From the NCBI GenBank assembly GCA_965204745.1, contig OZ242010.1, positions 3,616,001 through 3,680,000 on the forward strand: a stretch of 64,000 bases of DNA, written 5' to 3'. The translations under genes were made by a program, and so were the position numbers. Below the pieces are notes generated by a model, which saw nothing but the letters and a program-made list of their open reading frames with translations, did no database searches and was not told the origin of the DNA. Positions 40,289 through 49,773 of the stretch are shown here, piece after piece. Every line of letters starts with the position of its first letter. Position 1 is the stretch's first letter. The stretch comes from Candidatus Latescibacterota bacterium. Its GTDB lineage: Bacteria > Latescibacterota > UBA2968.

Positions 40289-41533
40289 TCAAACGCGATT
40301 TTGGGCCGCGACTGCGGCGACGATTTGGGCGACGCGGTCGCAGTGTTCGGGTTGGTATTTTTCGCAGAATGTGGTCCAGCGGATGAAGTGGTTCAAAAAA
40401 TCCCGGGCATTGGGGCAGGTGTTGGCGCGATAGCGATAGGTGTGAGAAGCGGGCGGTTTTGAAAAGGGAAAGACGCGCTTCTCGGCTTTGTCGGTCAAAA
40501 AGGGCAACGCGGCCGGCATGAGATAGTATTTGCCGAGCCCCGCGCCGGTCAGCCCGGCATCGGCGACTTGTCGGGCAAAGGATTCGGCGTCGCATCGAAA
40601 AGCGGCCGGATCGATGCGAAACCCGGCCATCCAGCAGGAATAGACCTCCATGTAATCCGGAATGGCCAAGGGGATAATGCCGGGAATGTCCCCGAGGTTG
40701 TCCGTGATGAGGCGAATCATGCGGTCGAGATGGGCCACCGCAGGGCGAATGATTTCGAGTTGTGCCAGGGTGATGGCAGCCGTTGATTGGGTCATCCGCA
40801 AGGCATAGCCATTCGCGGCGTGGACGCGGCCCAATCCCTCGACCATCTGCCCGCCCCGGCTTTGCCCGATAAACCGAATCCGTTCGGCCAGCTCGCCGTC
40901 ATTTGTAATCACGCAGCCGCCGACGTCAGAGCCGAGGGTTTTTTCCGAATCGAACGAGAAGGCGGCGACGTCGCCAAGGGTGCCGGCAAGGCGGCCTTTG
41001 TACGTGCCAAACGCGGCTTGACAGACGTCTTCGATGACGGTCAGGCCGCGTTTTTTTGCCAGGGCGCGGATGGGGTCCATATCGCAAATCAACCCGGTGA
41101 TGTGGACCGCGAGAATGGCCCGCGTGCGGTCGGTGATGTGTGGCGCGATCGTGCGGGCGCTGATGAGGGGCGTGCCGGGTTCGGTGTCCGGAAAAACCGG
41201 GATGAAATTTTCTTTGAGCAATCCCATCACCGTGCCGTAGTCGGTAATGGGCGACGCGATGATTTCATCCCCGGTTTGCAGGTCGAGCGCGGCGACCAAG
41301 ATGTTGAGCGCGGCAGTACATCCCGGGGTGCCGATGCAGTGTTTGACGCCCATTTCCCTTGCAAAAGCCGCTTCAAATCGCCCGACCATGTCGCATTGCA
41401 GGCCCGACTCGACGACTTCTTTGAGGTACGTCAGGCAATTTTCACCCATCGTGCGCGGGAAGGGTTGCGGCAGGTTGCCCGCAAAGTCGCCAAAGGCTTC
41501 GGCGCCGTATTTTGCGCGGTTGCGACTAGACAT
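40289..41533 (-). CDS. DegT/DnrJ/EryC1/StrS PLP-dependent aminotransferase
   Basis: TDRTRAILAVH, VIEDVCQA, AFSFDSEKTL. Confidence 0.9.
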   Translation of the reverse strand: MSSRNRAKYGAEAFGDFAGNLPQPFPRTMGENCLTYLKEVVESGLQCDMVGRFEAAFAREMGVKHCIGTPGCTAALNILVAALDLQTGDEIIASPITDYGTVMGLLKENFIPVFPDTEPGTPLISARTIAPHITDRTRAILAVHITGLICDMDPIRALAKKRGLTVIEDVCQAAFGTYKGRLAGTLGDVAAFSFDSEKTLGSDVGGCVITNDGELAERIRFIGQSRGGQMVEGLGRVHAANGYALRMTQSTAAITLAQLEIIRPAVAHLDRMIRLITDNLGDIPGIIPLAIPDYMEVYSCWMAGFRIDPAAFRCDAESFARQVADAGLTGAGLGKYYLMPAALPFLTDKAEKRVFPFSKPPASHTYRYRANTCPNARDFLNHFIRWTTFCEKYQPEHCDRVAQIVAAVAAQNRV

Positions 41534-41655
41534 TGTACCGCTCCTTTAAGTTGTTACAAATCGCACATTCAAACGAATTGCAACGACAACTTCCGACAAC
41601 CTAATAGCCGACAACCTAATGCAATGTCCCGCCTGTCATTCATCGGGGAATCGCG

Positions 41656-42693
41656 TCAGGCCTCCGCATCCAACACGCACTGAAAGGCCTCCAGATCATC
41701 CACTTGCACCGCTGCACGATGCAACCGCTTGAGCCTCGGCAAATCGTCGATAGCCGCAATGCGACCGGCGAACTGACCGGCAACGACCACATCAAAGCGA
41801 ATCTCCAACACGTCGAGGATAGCGGCAATGGTATGTTCTCTACCCCCTCGCTCGATTCCCTGCTCGATTCCCTGCTCGATTCCCTGCTCGATTCCCTGCT
41901 CGATTCCCTGCTCGATTCCCTGCTCGATTCCCTGCTCAATGCCCTGCTCAATGCCGCGCTCGATTCCCTGCTCGATTCCCTGCTCAAGAAACTGTTCCTT
42001 GAACTGTTCCTCGAGGTACTGGGCAAACGATGACTCACGCATAATCGCGTCCATAAAACCCTCCTGTGAAAGAATCCGCATGATGGTGGCAGGATCATAA
42101 GCCAACCCACTCAAGACCGCCAAGCTACCCAAATAATTCGCCTTGTCTGCCTGATCCAACGAAACCGAATCGCCCTTGCGAACACACGCACGCAACCAGT
42201 CCTCGGAACCCATCCCCACAGGCGGCTTCATCAACGGCGCGAAAGGAAGCAAGCCGGCCTGGTCGCCTTCAAGAATGCCCTGCCCGTCCAGCTCGCTCAA
42301 CCGAAGCACCTTGTAGCGCACCAGCACGGGAAAGTCCGCATGATCTTGGCGGAAAAATCCCTTATCGCGGCGTCCGGCATTGGGACGCAGATAGATGACA
42401 AAGGAATAGACCGGCAAGCCATACTGCTCGATGAGACGGATGATATAGGAAGCCATGCGACGAGCCATATTCGCGCTGTCGGTGGTTTGAAATTCGATGT
42501 GTACCAAGGCTTCCTCGCCATCGATCCGCACGCGAATCACGCTATCGGCCAGGCGCGTTTCAACCCTGGGGAGTTCGGAGTCGAGGATTTCTTCAACTTC
42601 AATTTCGACATCCTCGCGTCCGAGAGCCAAGCGGATGAGGGCTTGCGGGTAGAGGTGAATCAACTGCTTGGGAATCGTATCGTATTCTGCCAT
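41656..42693 (-). CDS. Rpn/YhgA-like PD-(D/E)xK nuclease (putative transposase) with GIEQ repeats
   Basis: YDTIPKQL, RLADSVI, HIEFQT, MARRM..Y, (GIEQ)n. Confidence 0.88.
   Translation of the reverse strand: MAEYDTIPKQLIHLYPQALIRLALGREDVEIEVEEILDSELPRVETRLADSVIRVRIDGEEALVHIEFQTTDSANMARRMASYIIRLIEQYGLPVYSFVIYLRPNAGRRDKGFFRQDHADFPVLVRYKVLRLSELDGQGILEGDQAGLLPFAPLMKPPVGMGSEDWLRACVRKGDSVSLDQADKANYLGSLAVLSGLAYDPATIMRILSQEGFMDAIMRESSFAQYLEEQFKEQFLEQGIEQGIERGIEQGIEQGIEQGIEQGIEQGIEQGIEQGIEQGIERGGREHTIAAILDVLEIRFDVVVAGQFAGRIAAIDDLPRLKRLHRAAVQVDDLEAFQCVLDAEA
41851..41986 (-). repeat. 12-bp coding tandem repeat (GAGCAGGGAATC), about 11 units
   Basis: ctcgattccctg repeated on the + strand. Confidence 0.95.
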
Positions 42694-42859
42694 GGGGCGC
42701 CTCCTGATGTGCTATGGTTTGAACGACTTGCGGAACAACAATAAATAATCTCCAATCCCTCTCGCGATGTCAAGTGATTTTCCCATTTGCTCCGCCCCAC
42801 CACAAGCCCTATCCCCAAGATACAAGAGGTGCCCCCACGTTTAAGCGCGAATGTTGTGT

Positions 42860-42901
42860 AAAGCCAAAAGCCCCGGAGAAATCCGGGGCTTTTGGCTTTT
42901 T
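42860..42901. terminator. Intrinsic terminator
   Basis: AAAGCCAAAAGCCCCGGA-GAAA-TCCGGGGCTTTTGGCTTT. Confidence 0.85.
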
Positions 42902-42974
42902 ACACACTTTGGGGATTCAACTCGCCTTTGAACGGGCTATCGCCAGTTGTACCGCTCGTGGCTAAAATCCCATC

Positions 42975-44432
42975 TTACGTCTTGCCTCGCCACTTCGCCG
43001 TGCCGTACTCGCGTTGGTTCAATGGGCCTGGCGCGGATTGACCCGAACTGCCGAGTTCGACTTCGCCGCGCAATTCCCCGTCTGACAGCACACCCACGAA
43101 CCGATATGCCAGATGGCATCCCTCGAACCGATGCTGGCTCGCAAATGCGATTTCGTTTCCGGTTACAGTGCCGGTCAGGGGATTGTTGAGCCAGCGCGTT
43201 TGGTGCGTGCCGGTTAAGGTGTTTGCGTGTTGCACGAGCTCTACGCGGTGCCGCGCTGTTTGTCGCACATGTGCGATTGTGATGTCCCATGTTCCCGATA
43301 CATTGACGGGGGCTGGCGCTGTGCGTGCTTGGGGCAAAGGCGCGTTGTCCAATGCGTTGCGGATGCGTTGCCCAACGATCTCTGCGTCGCCGGGCTGGAG
43401 TGAAAACGGGAGTATGAAGATGGATGTATCCGTGGCCCCCCGATCATCTAGCATAATGCGCGGCTCCCCGTGCAAAAGTTGGTCGCGCAAGCCAAGCCCG
43501 GTCAAGCCGATGCGATCTCCTGCCCAGCGGATTTCCAATTTGGGAACATCGGATCGATTGGACGCGAGGATTTTGGCATCCACGCCCGGCACTTGCGTTA
43601 CATGCTGGGCTATGGCTTCGAGATCGGCGATCCACCCCGCGTATTCGCCCGCGAGATCGCGTTTTGTCAGCAGATATTCCACCGCCGCGAGAACGCCCAT
43701 CACCTCCTCTTTGCCGATTTTCATGGCGCGGCCCAAGGTGTGATGCGGCGCGGCATGCACCCACGCGGCTTCGACCAAATCGCGATCCCCGAGCAACAAG
43801 CCCGTGGGCTGTGGCCCGCGGAGGTATTTGCCCCCGCTATACGCGACCAAATTCGCCCCGCGTTGCGTGTAGGGTTCGGGAGATCGCAAGTGCTCTGACG
43901 CCGCATCGACCAGCACGGGAACGCCTCGCGGGCGCGCCATCTCGACAATCGCCTCCAGCATCTCATCCGCCTCCCAAGTGCCCAGTAGGGCGACCATCGC
44001 CACCTGCTCTCGGTTGAGCGCGTCATCCATTTCCCGCATAGAATCCACCTCTACGATAGTCGCGCCCACAGACCGAATCGCGTGATCATAAGTAAATCGG
44101 CTCTCTTTGGGCATGACGACCTCGGCCTGCATCCCGCGCGTATCGGGCAGGCGAAACATCAACTCGGGATCGCCCCCCGTGATGCAAGCCGCTGTTGCAT
44201 GGCACAAACACGTTGCCGCGCCGGATGCGACCATGCCCCATTCCGCGGCCGTGAGTTCGGCCAACCGCTCGCCCGCCCCGGCCATGAGTTCGTCCATGTT
44301 GACAAAAAAGCGCGACGCATCCCGCATCGCATCGCGCACCTGCGGCAACATCAGCGTGCCCCCGTGAATGGTCCGCGTGCCGCAGCAGTTGATAAACGAC
44401 CGCACGCCGAGTTGGGTATAGGGATTGTTCAC
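42975..44432 (-). CDS. SelA-like (DgaE-type) PLP-dependent enzyme with an extra C-terminal beta domain
   Basis: LGVRSFINCCGTRT, VLVDAASE, YSGGKYLRGPQ, GRAMKIGKEE; C-terminal VSGTWDITI domain. Confidence 0.82.
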   Translation of the reverse strand: MNNPYTQLGVRSFINCCGTRTIHGGTLMLPQVRDAMRDASRFFVNMDELMAGAGERLAELTAAEWGMVASGAATCLCHATAACITGGDPELMFRLPDTRGMQAEVVMPKESRFTYDHAIRSVGATIVEVDSMREMDDALNREQVAMVALLGTWEADEMLEAIVEMARPRGVPVLVDAASEHLRSPEPYTQRGANLVAYSGGKYLRGPQPTGLLLGDRDLVEAAWVHAAPHHTLGRAMKIGKEEVMGVLAAVEYLLTKRDLAGEYAGWIADLEAIAQHVTQVPGVDAKILASNRSDVPKLEIRWAGDRIGLTGLGLRDQLLHGEPRIMLDDRGATDTSIFILPFSLQPGDAEIVGQRIRNALDNAPLPQARTAPAPVNVSGTWDITIAHVRQTARHRVELVQHANTLTGTHQTRWLNNPLTGTVTGNEIAFASQHRFEGCHLAYRFVGVLSDGELRGEVELGSSGQSAPGPLNQREYGTAKWRGKT

Positions 44433-44591
44433 AGATGATCTCCTCGTTCGCAATAATTTGGGAATGGTGCGAGGACAGGCACGGGCCTGCTACTTTAATT
44501 CAGTGGGCCTGTCCCTGCGAGCGACTTGATTTGCCAACCGCTTGGGAGGAGGGAGGGAGATAGGGCGGACTGACAACTGACAACTGACAAC

Positions 44592-45012
44592 GGCGTTGTT
44601 GCATAAATAGCTATTGCCTGCAAGTTGGGATTGCAAAAAGACAAGCTCCTTCGTAGATTGGGCATATGGAGCACCGAAACCACTCACCCTTTCTCACCAG
44701 GAACCTGTCATGCCCAAGATAACCGCTTCCAAGACCGCCGTCAAGGCCCCTCGTCGCCCTCGTCGCCCGCGCTGTGCGCCTGTCTATCGGGTTCGGAACT
44801 GGCCGGCCTACGAGGCCGGTCTCAAGCAGCGGGGCAGTCTGACGTTTTGGATTACACCGCAAGCCCTTCGGGGGTGGTACCATCAAGGGCCAACGCAACG
44901 GGGGAGGCAAAACACCTTTTCAGATTTGGCTATTCAAACGGCACTGATGTTGCGCTTGGTCTCTGCCTTGCCCCTGCGTCAAACCGAGGGGTTTCTCACG
45001 TCCATCCTGGCG
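44592..45012 (+). mobile_element. Left 421 bp of a second IS903-like copy (truncated)
   Basis: Same TIR; highly similar to 8382-8802 up to TCCATCCTGGCG. Confidence 0.92.
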
Positions 45013-45216
45013 CGTGGAGATGACGCGGGAGAGCGTCACACTGCCCACGCACATCCCGGCCATGAACGTGCCGAGCAAGATGCCGAGGGAAATGGCCGAA
45101 GACCCGACGACGAGTTGCAACATCTGAAACCAGACGATTTCGTAGATGAGCGCGGCACACCCACTGCCCGCGAACAGGGCGACGAGCAAGGGGAGAAATT
45201 TGGGCTTGGCGCGCAT
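45013..45216 (-). pseudogene. 5' fragment of a fused membrane/spermidine-synthase-like gene
   Basis: LFAGSGCAALIYEIVWFQMLQLVVGSS..LGTFMAGMCVGS, then fused to the IS fragment. Confidence 0.75.
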
Positions 45217-45299
45217 ATAATCGTTGTCCTTGAATTGTATTTTTCGTAAGTTTAACGACCGCTAGCGAAGTTGTGCAGCCCTATTTTAAGGAGATCGTC

Positions 45300-46073
45300 A
45301 TGCAACTCACGACCGAACAAATCCGCGAATTTTACGAGCGCGGGTACGTCAAAATCCCCGGTGCCATCTCGAAGGCGATGGTGGATACGGCGCGGCAGGC
45401 CGTCAACCATTCGATTGGCACGCTAGGGCCGAATGGCGAGGATATGTCCAAGCATCGCGCCGCGCAGTTTTGCCGCGACTTGAATGGCAGTCCCGTGATT
45501 ATGGACCTGTTCAACAACAGCCCGGTCTGTTCCCTCGCCGAATCCCTGATGGGAGAGGGCAACTTGCAAAAGCCCATCCAAGGCGCGCAGGTGGCGCCGC
45601 GGTTTCCCAATGTCATCGGCAAAGACCCGGCCGAACCGCGGGGGCATCTCGACGGCATGGGCACGGGCATGAATGGCATGCCCAAAGGCGTGTACCGCCG
45701 CGATTTCACCTGTTTTGCCGTCATTTACCTGGCCGATGTGCCCGAGTCCTTTAGCGGCAATTTCACGGTTTGGCCGGGGTCGCATCGCTTTTTTGAATCC
45801 TACTTCAAGCGCGAGGGGCTCGAAGTGCTCTCCGATGGTACGCCGCATGTGGCATTGCCCGAAGGTCCGGATATGATCACCGGCAACGCGGGCGATCTCG
45901 TTCTCGCACACCACCAGATGGTCCACAGCGCCGGCCCGAATGCGTCTCCCAATATTCGCTATGCGACCATTGCCCGCCTCCGCCACGTCGATTGCACTGA
46001 AAACGGCAATCGGGGCTTCCTCGACATCTGGCGCGAATTTCCCCGAGTGCGCGAAGTGCTCGCAGCGGCATAA
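45300..46073 (+). CDS. PhyH-family dioxygenase
   Basis: FYERGYV, GHLDG, GNFTVWPGSH, AGDLVLAHHQMVH. Confidence 0.88.
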   Translation: MQLTTEQIREFYERGYVKIPGAISKAMVDTARQAVNHSIGTLGPNGEDMSKHRAAQFCRDLNGSPVIMDLFNNSPVCSLAESLMGEGNLQKPIQGAQVAPRFPNVIGKDPAEPRGHLDGMGTGMNGMPKGVYRRDFTCFAVIYLADVPESFSGNFTVWPGSHRFFESYFKREGLEVLSDGTPHVALPEGPDMITGNAGDLVLAHHQMVHSAGPNASPNIRYATIARLRHVDCTENGNRGFLDIWREFPRVREVLAAA

Positions 46074-46520
46074 TACCAAAGGGATCAGGCGTTGCTTGTC
46101 TAAAGCGTTTGGTCCTTTGATGGCGTTGACCGAGGGGACCTATCCCCCGGCCCCTTTCCTACGAGGAAAGGGGAGTAAAGCTCCATTGATGGCTTCTCGC
46201 TCTGGTTGCTCTGATGGCGGTGCGCGAGGGCATAAAGCGATTAAAAACCCCTCACACCATCCCCTCGTAAAACCCATCCGCGTTCCCCCCTTCCTCGCAG
46301 GAAGGGGGGTTAGGGGGGTAGGTCCCGATAGGGCATAAAGCGATTAAAAATCCCTCACACCATCCCCTCGCAAAACCCATCCGCGTTCCCCCCTTCCTCA
46401 AAGGCACAGGCGTAGCCTACAACGAAGCGAAGCGAGTAACGGGGGTTAGGGGGCTGGGCGGTCTGACAACTGACAACTGACAACCGACAACCGACAACCG
46501 ACAACTGATAGGAGTTCACC

Positions 46521-47297
46521 ATGTCCATTACCGATGCACAAAAACGCCAATTTGTCGAGGAAGGGTATCTCAAAATCTCGGGGGCTGTGCCCAAGCACAT
46601 GATCGAAACGGCGCGGCGCGCGGTCAATTATTCCATTGGCAATGTGGGCCTTGGCGGTGAAGACCTCGCAAATCACCGCTCGGGATTCTTTTGCGCCGAA
46701 CTGTTGGACGCGCCGTTCATCATCGACATGTACAACGAGACGCCGGTGATGGAGATCGCCGAAGCCCTGATGGGCAAGGGCAATGTCCTGCCGGTTGCAC
46801 GCGCCAAAACCTATCCGCGCTTCCCCATGCCACTCGGCGCAGAACCCTCGCCGCCGCGGGGCCATATTGACGGCATTGGCAACGGCACCAATGGCACGGC
46901 CAAGGGCGATTACAAGCGCGGATTCACGGCGTTTGCCGTCGTCTATCTCGTGGATGTGCCCGAACCGTTCAGCGGCAATTTCACGGTTTGGCCCAAGTCC
47001 CATCGCTTTTTTGCGGACTATTTCAAAACGCACGGTCACGAAGTGCTCGCCCAAGGCATGCCTCGCCCCGATCTGCCCGAAGACCCGGTGATGATCACCG
47101 GCAACGCGGGCGATTTCATTCTCGCGCATCATCAGGTCGTTCACGGCTCGTGTCCCAACGCCTCGCCCAACGTGCGCTTGGCGACCATCTCTCGCCTCAA
47201 GCACAAAGATGCCGATCAAATCGGCAAGGATGCGTACACAGAGATATGGCGCGAATGGCCCGGTCTTCACGACGTGCTCAATGGAAAATCCGAGTGA
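46521..47297 (+). CDS. PhyH-family dioxygenase (tandem paralogue of 45300)
   Basis: GHIDG, GNFTVWPKSH, AGDFILAHHQVVH. Confidence 0.88.
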   Translation: MSITDAQKRQFVEEGYLKISGAVPKHMIETARRAVNYSIGNVGLGGEDLANHRSGFFCAELLDAPFIIDMYNETPVMEIAEALMGKGNVLPVARAKTYPRFPMPLGAEPSPPRGHIDGIGNGTNGTAKGDYKRGFTAFAVVYLVDVPEPFSGNFTVWPKSHRFFADYFKTHGHEVLAQGMPRPDLPEDPVMITGNAGDFILAHHQVVHGSCPNASPNVRLATISRLKHKDADQIGKDAYTEIWREWPGLHDVLNGKSE

Positions 47298-47305
47298 GGT
47301 ACCCC

Positions 47306-48094
47306 ATGCCTATCGCCATAACCGAAGCGCAGAAGCGGCAATACAGGGACGAGGGCTATTTTATCCTCGAATCCGTTATTCCCGATCACCACCTCGAACT
47401 CTTGCGCGGGGCATGCCAGACCTTTATCGACCAAATGCACGCACGCATGGATGAGCGAGGCACGGATACCCTTGGCATCAACCATCGCAACAAACGCTAC
47501 TTTGTCTCCAACTGCTTTCGCCAGCAACCGAGCCTTCGCGCCTTCCTTTTTAGCGATCTCATGGCCGCTATCTGCCGTGCGACCTTGGACGACAACGCCT
47601 ATCTTTTTTGGGAACAGTATGTCGTCAAAGGCGCGGAAACCGGCATGAAATTTTCATGGCATCAGGACTCTGGCTATGTGGGATATCCGGACCACAAACC
47701 CTATCTCACCTGCTGGTGCGCGTTAGATGATATGCGCGAAGAAAACGGCACGATTCACCTCTTGCCCTATTCGCGTAGCGGCATCCGATCTTGGGTACAA
47801 CACATCGCGGAAGAAGGTAGCAACGACAAAGTCGGCTATTTTGGCGATGATCCCGGGCTGATTGTCGCAGTGCCCGCGGGCAGTATTGTCGCTTTCTCCA
47901 GTATCGTCTTTCACAGCAGCAGCACCAACACCACCCCAAATCTGAGACGCGCTTACCTCGGGCAATACTCCTGTGAACCCATCCTCTCGGCCGATGGCAA
48001 CAAACTCTGGGGCAATGCCGAACCCTTCCTCCGCGATGGGCAATCCGCAGTCGGTGAACCGCCACCCGTCTTGTCACCGAGGCCGGATGAGTAA
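47306..48094 (+). CDS. PhyH-family dioxygenase
   Basis: SWHQDSGY, WCALDD..ENG, VFHSS..N. Confidence 0.9.
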   Translation: MPIAITEAQKRQYRDEGYFILESVIPDHHLELLRGACQTFIDQMHARMDERGTDTLGINHRNKRYFVSNCFRQQPSLRAFLFSDLMAAICRATLDDNAYLFWEQYVVKGAETGMKFSWHQDSGYVGYPDHKPYLTCWCALDDMREENGTIHLLPYSRSGIRSWVQHIAEEGSNDKVGYFGDDPGLIVAVPAGSIVAFSSIVFHSSSTNTTPNLRRAYLGQYSCEPILSADGNKLWGNAEPFLRDGQSAVGEPPPVLSPRPDE

Positions 48095-48125
48095 GACCAA
48101 ATCGCCCTTTTTGGTATAACGCCAG

Positions 48126-48974
48126 TCAAGACCTCGGATGCCCCGCTTCCTCCATCAACCGCAACCAATCTCTGTGACTCGTTGCAACCCGCTCTGGATC
48201 GACCCGGCTTCGGGCGACAAAACCGGGCACCTGCTCGCGCCCGGTTGGCAATCTGTAATCGCTGTATCGAATGTCCAGGCTCCAGCGGATGTGGTCGGCC
48301 TGGTTTGGAAATGAGCGATGGACGGTCTTGTGCTGAATCAGGGCCGCGCCCCCGGCTGGCAACGCGGACGAGACGCGCTCGCCCGGCGGCAACTCCGCTT
48401 CGGGAATTTCCAACTCGCCCCCCACTTTTTGGTGGAGAATAATCCCGTGCTTATGGCTTCCGGCCAAAATTTCCAGACAGCCATTTTCCACATGGGTAGG
48501 GACCAGCGGCACCCAAAAGTTGATCATAAACGTCTCTTCCACCTCTGGATCCAAAAACGCGATGTCCTGATGCCACGCCACTTCTGCTTCGCCGGGCATT
48601 TTTGCGCGGATGTTAAACTGCGGATGCACCAGGATTTCCGGGCCAATAATCGACTCGACCACGTTCAGGATGGCGGGATGGGTGAGCAAATAAAACAATC
48701 CCGCAGTCTTGTGGGCCTTGCCCAAAATCTCGCTGACAAACCGCTTGTCCGTTCCCATAGCCGCGCAGAGAAGTGCCAACCGCCGCTCAAATGGCGCGTC
48801 TGCAAACACCTCCCCCAACTGACCACGCGCCTGGGCCTCCCGCGCCCTGCGGTCAATCGCCGCATTAAACTCCTCCACCAACGGCTGATACGCTTCTGTG
48901 GGCAGGCATTCGCCCAGCAACAAATATCCTTCCGATTTGTAAAAAGCAATCTGCTCCTCCGTCAAACCAGCCAT
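48126..48974 (-). CDS. PhyH-family dioxygenase
   Basis: AWHQD, ENGCLEILAGSH, TVHRSFPN; RBS AGGAGG. Confidence 0.9.
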   Translation of the reverse strand: MAGLTEEQIAFYKSEGYLLLGECLPTEAYQPLVEEFNAAIDRRAREAQARGQLGEVFADAPFERRLALLCAAMGTDKRFVSEILGKAHKTAGLFYLLTHPAILNVVESIIGPEILVHPQFNIRAKMPGEAEVAWHQDIAFLDPEVEETFMINFWVPLVPTHVENGCLEILAGSHKHGIILHQKVGGELEIPEAELPPGERVSSALPAGGAALIQHKTVHRSFPNQADHIRWSLDIRYSDYRLPTGREQVPGFVARSRVDPERVATSHRDWLRLMEEAGHPRS

Positions 48975-48990
48975 TGTCCTCCTCCTGTTT

Positions 48991-49773
48991 TTATCTCGCC
49001 CGAAAATCCCTATCGCCTTTGAACGGCATGGTCTCGCCCGGAATATATCGCGGGCGCGGGGCGTAGGCATTTTTGACATCGGGATCGGCTTTGCCGCGTA
49101 CGAGGATGTTTTCGTGGTTTTCTCTTTGAACCCATGTGGTCGTTGGAATATAGCGCAGGGTGAGGCCAACGCGCCATTGGTCGGATGTGTTGGCATTGGA
49201 GCCGTGGATGATATTGGGATTGTGGATCGAGACGTCGCCGGCCTGGAGTTCGAGATCGACCGCGTCTGAATCGTCGATCTGGTCCGGGCGAATGCCCACG
49301 CCGAGCACGTACTTTTCCGCGTCCAAGGCCATGAGTTCGCGGCGTTTGAGCAAGTGCTTGTTCTGCGTGCCGGGCAAGACGCGCATGCAACCATTTTCAA
49401 TTGTCGATGCCGTGCCCGCAACCCAGAGGGTGGTCACTTCCATCGGCTCGAGGGGCCAGTAAGAACCGTCTTGATGCCACTGCACGGCCCGACCATCGCC
49501 CGGGGGTTTGGCGATGTAATGCGCCGCAAATAGCGCGATGTCGGGGCCGAGGAATTGTTCGGCGATATCGACGAGGCGTTCATCCCCTACGAGCCGGTGC
49601 ATGAATGGATCGTGCGCCAGCAGATGGTGATGCAGGTGTTCTGGACGCACGCCAGGGTTTCTTTCGATCAACCAATGGACGTGCTGAACCGTTTCTGCGG
49701 CGAGCTCTGGATCGATGGCGTTCCGTGCGATCACATAGCCGCGTTGGTCGTAGTCGCGCCGTAAATTTTTCAT
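48991..49773 (-). CDS. PhyH-family dioxygenase
   Basis: QWHQDGSYW, ENGCMRVLPGT, IIHGSNAN; ATGA-coupled to the sulfatase. Confidence 0.9.
   Translation of the reverse strand: MKNLRRDYDQRGYVIARNAIDPELAAETVQHVHWLIERNPGVRPEHLHHHLLAHDPFMHRLVGDERLVDIAEQFLGPDIALFAAHYIAKPPGDGRAVQWHQDGSYWPLEPMEVTTLWVAGTASTIENGCMRVLPGTQNKHLLKRRELMALDAEKYVLGVGIRPDQIDDSDAVDLELQAGDVSIHNPNIIHGSNANTSDQWRVGLTLRYIPTTTWVQRENHENILVRGKADPDVKNAYAPRPRYIPGETMPFKGDRDFRAR

Noticed and set aside
42975-44432. True selenocysteine synthase selA linked to the selenoprotein
   Set aside because: Motifs (SGGK..GPQ, GRAMKIGKEE) fit the SelA-like/DgaE group, the SelA N-terminal domain is missing, and selB is not adjacent.
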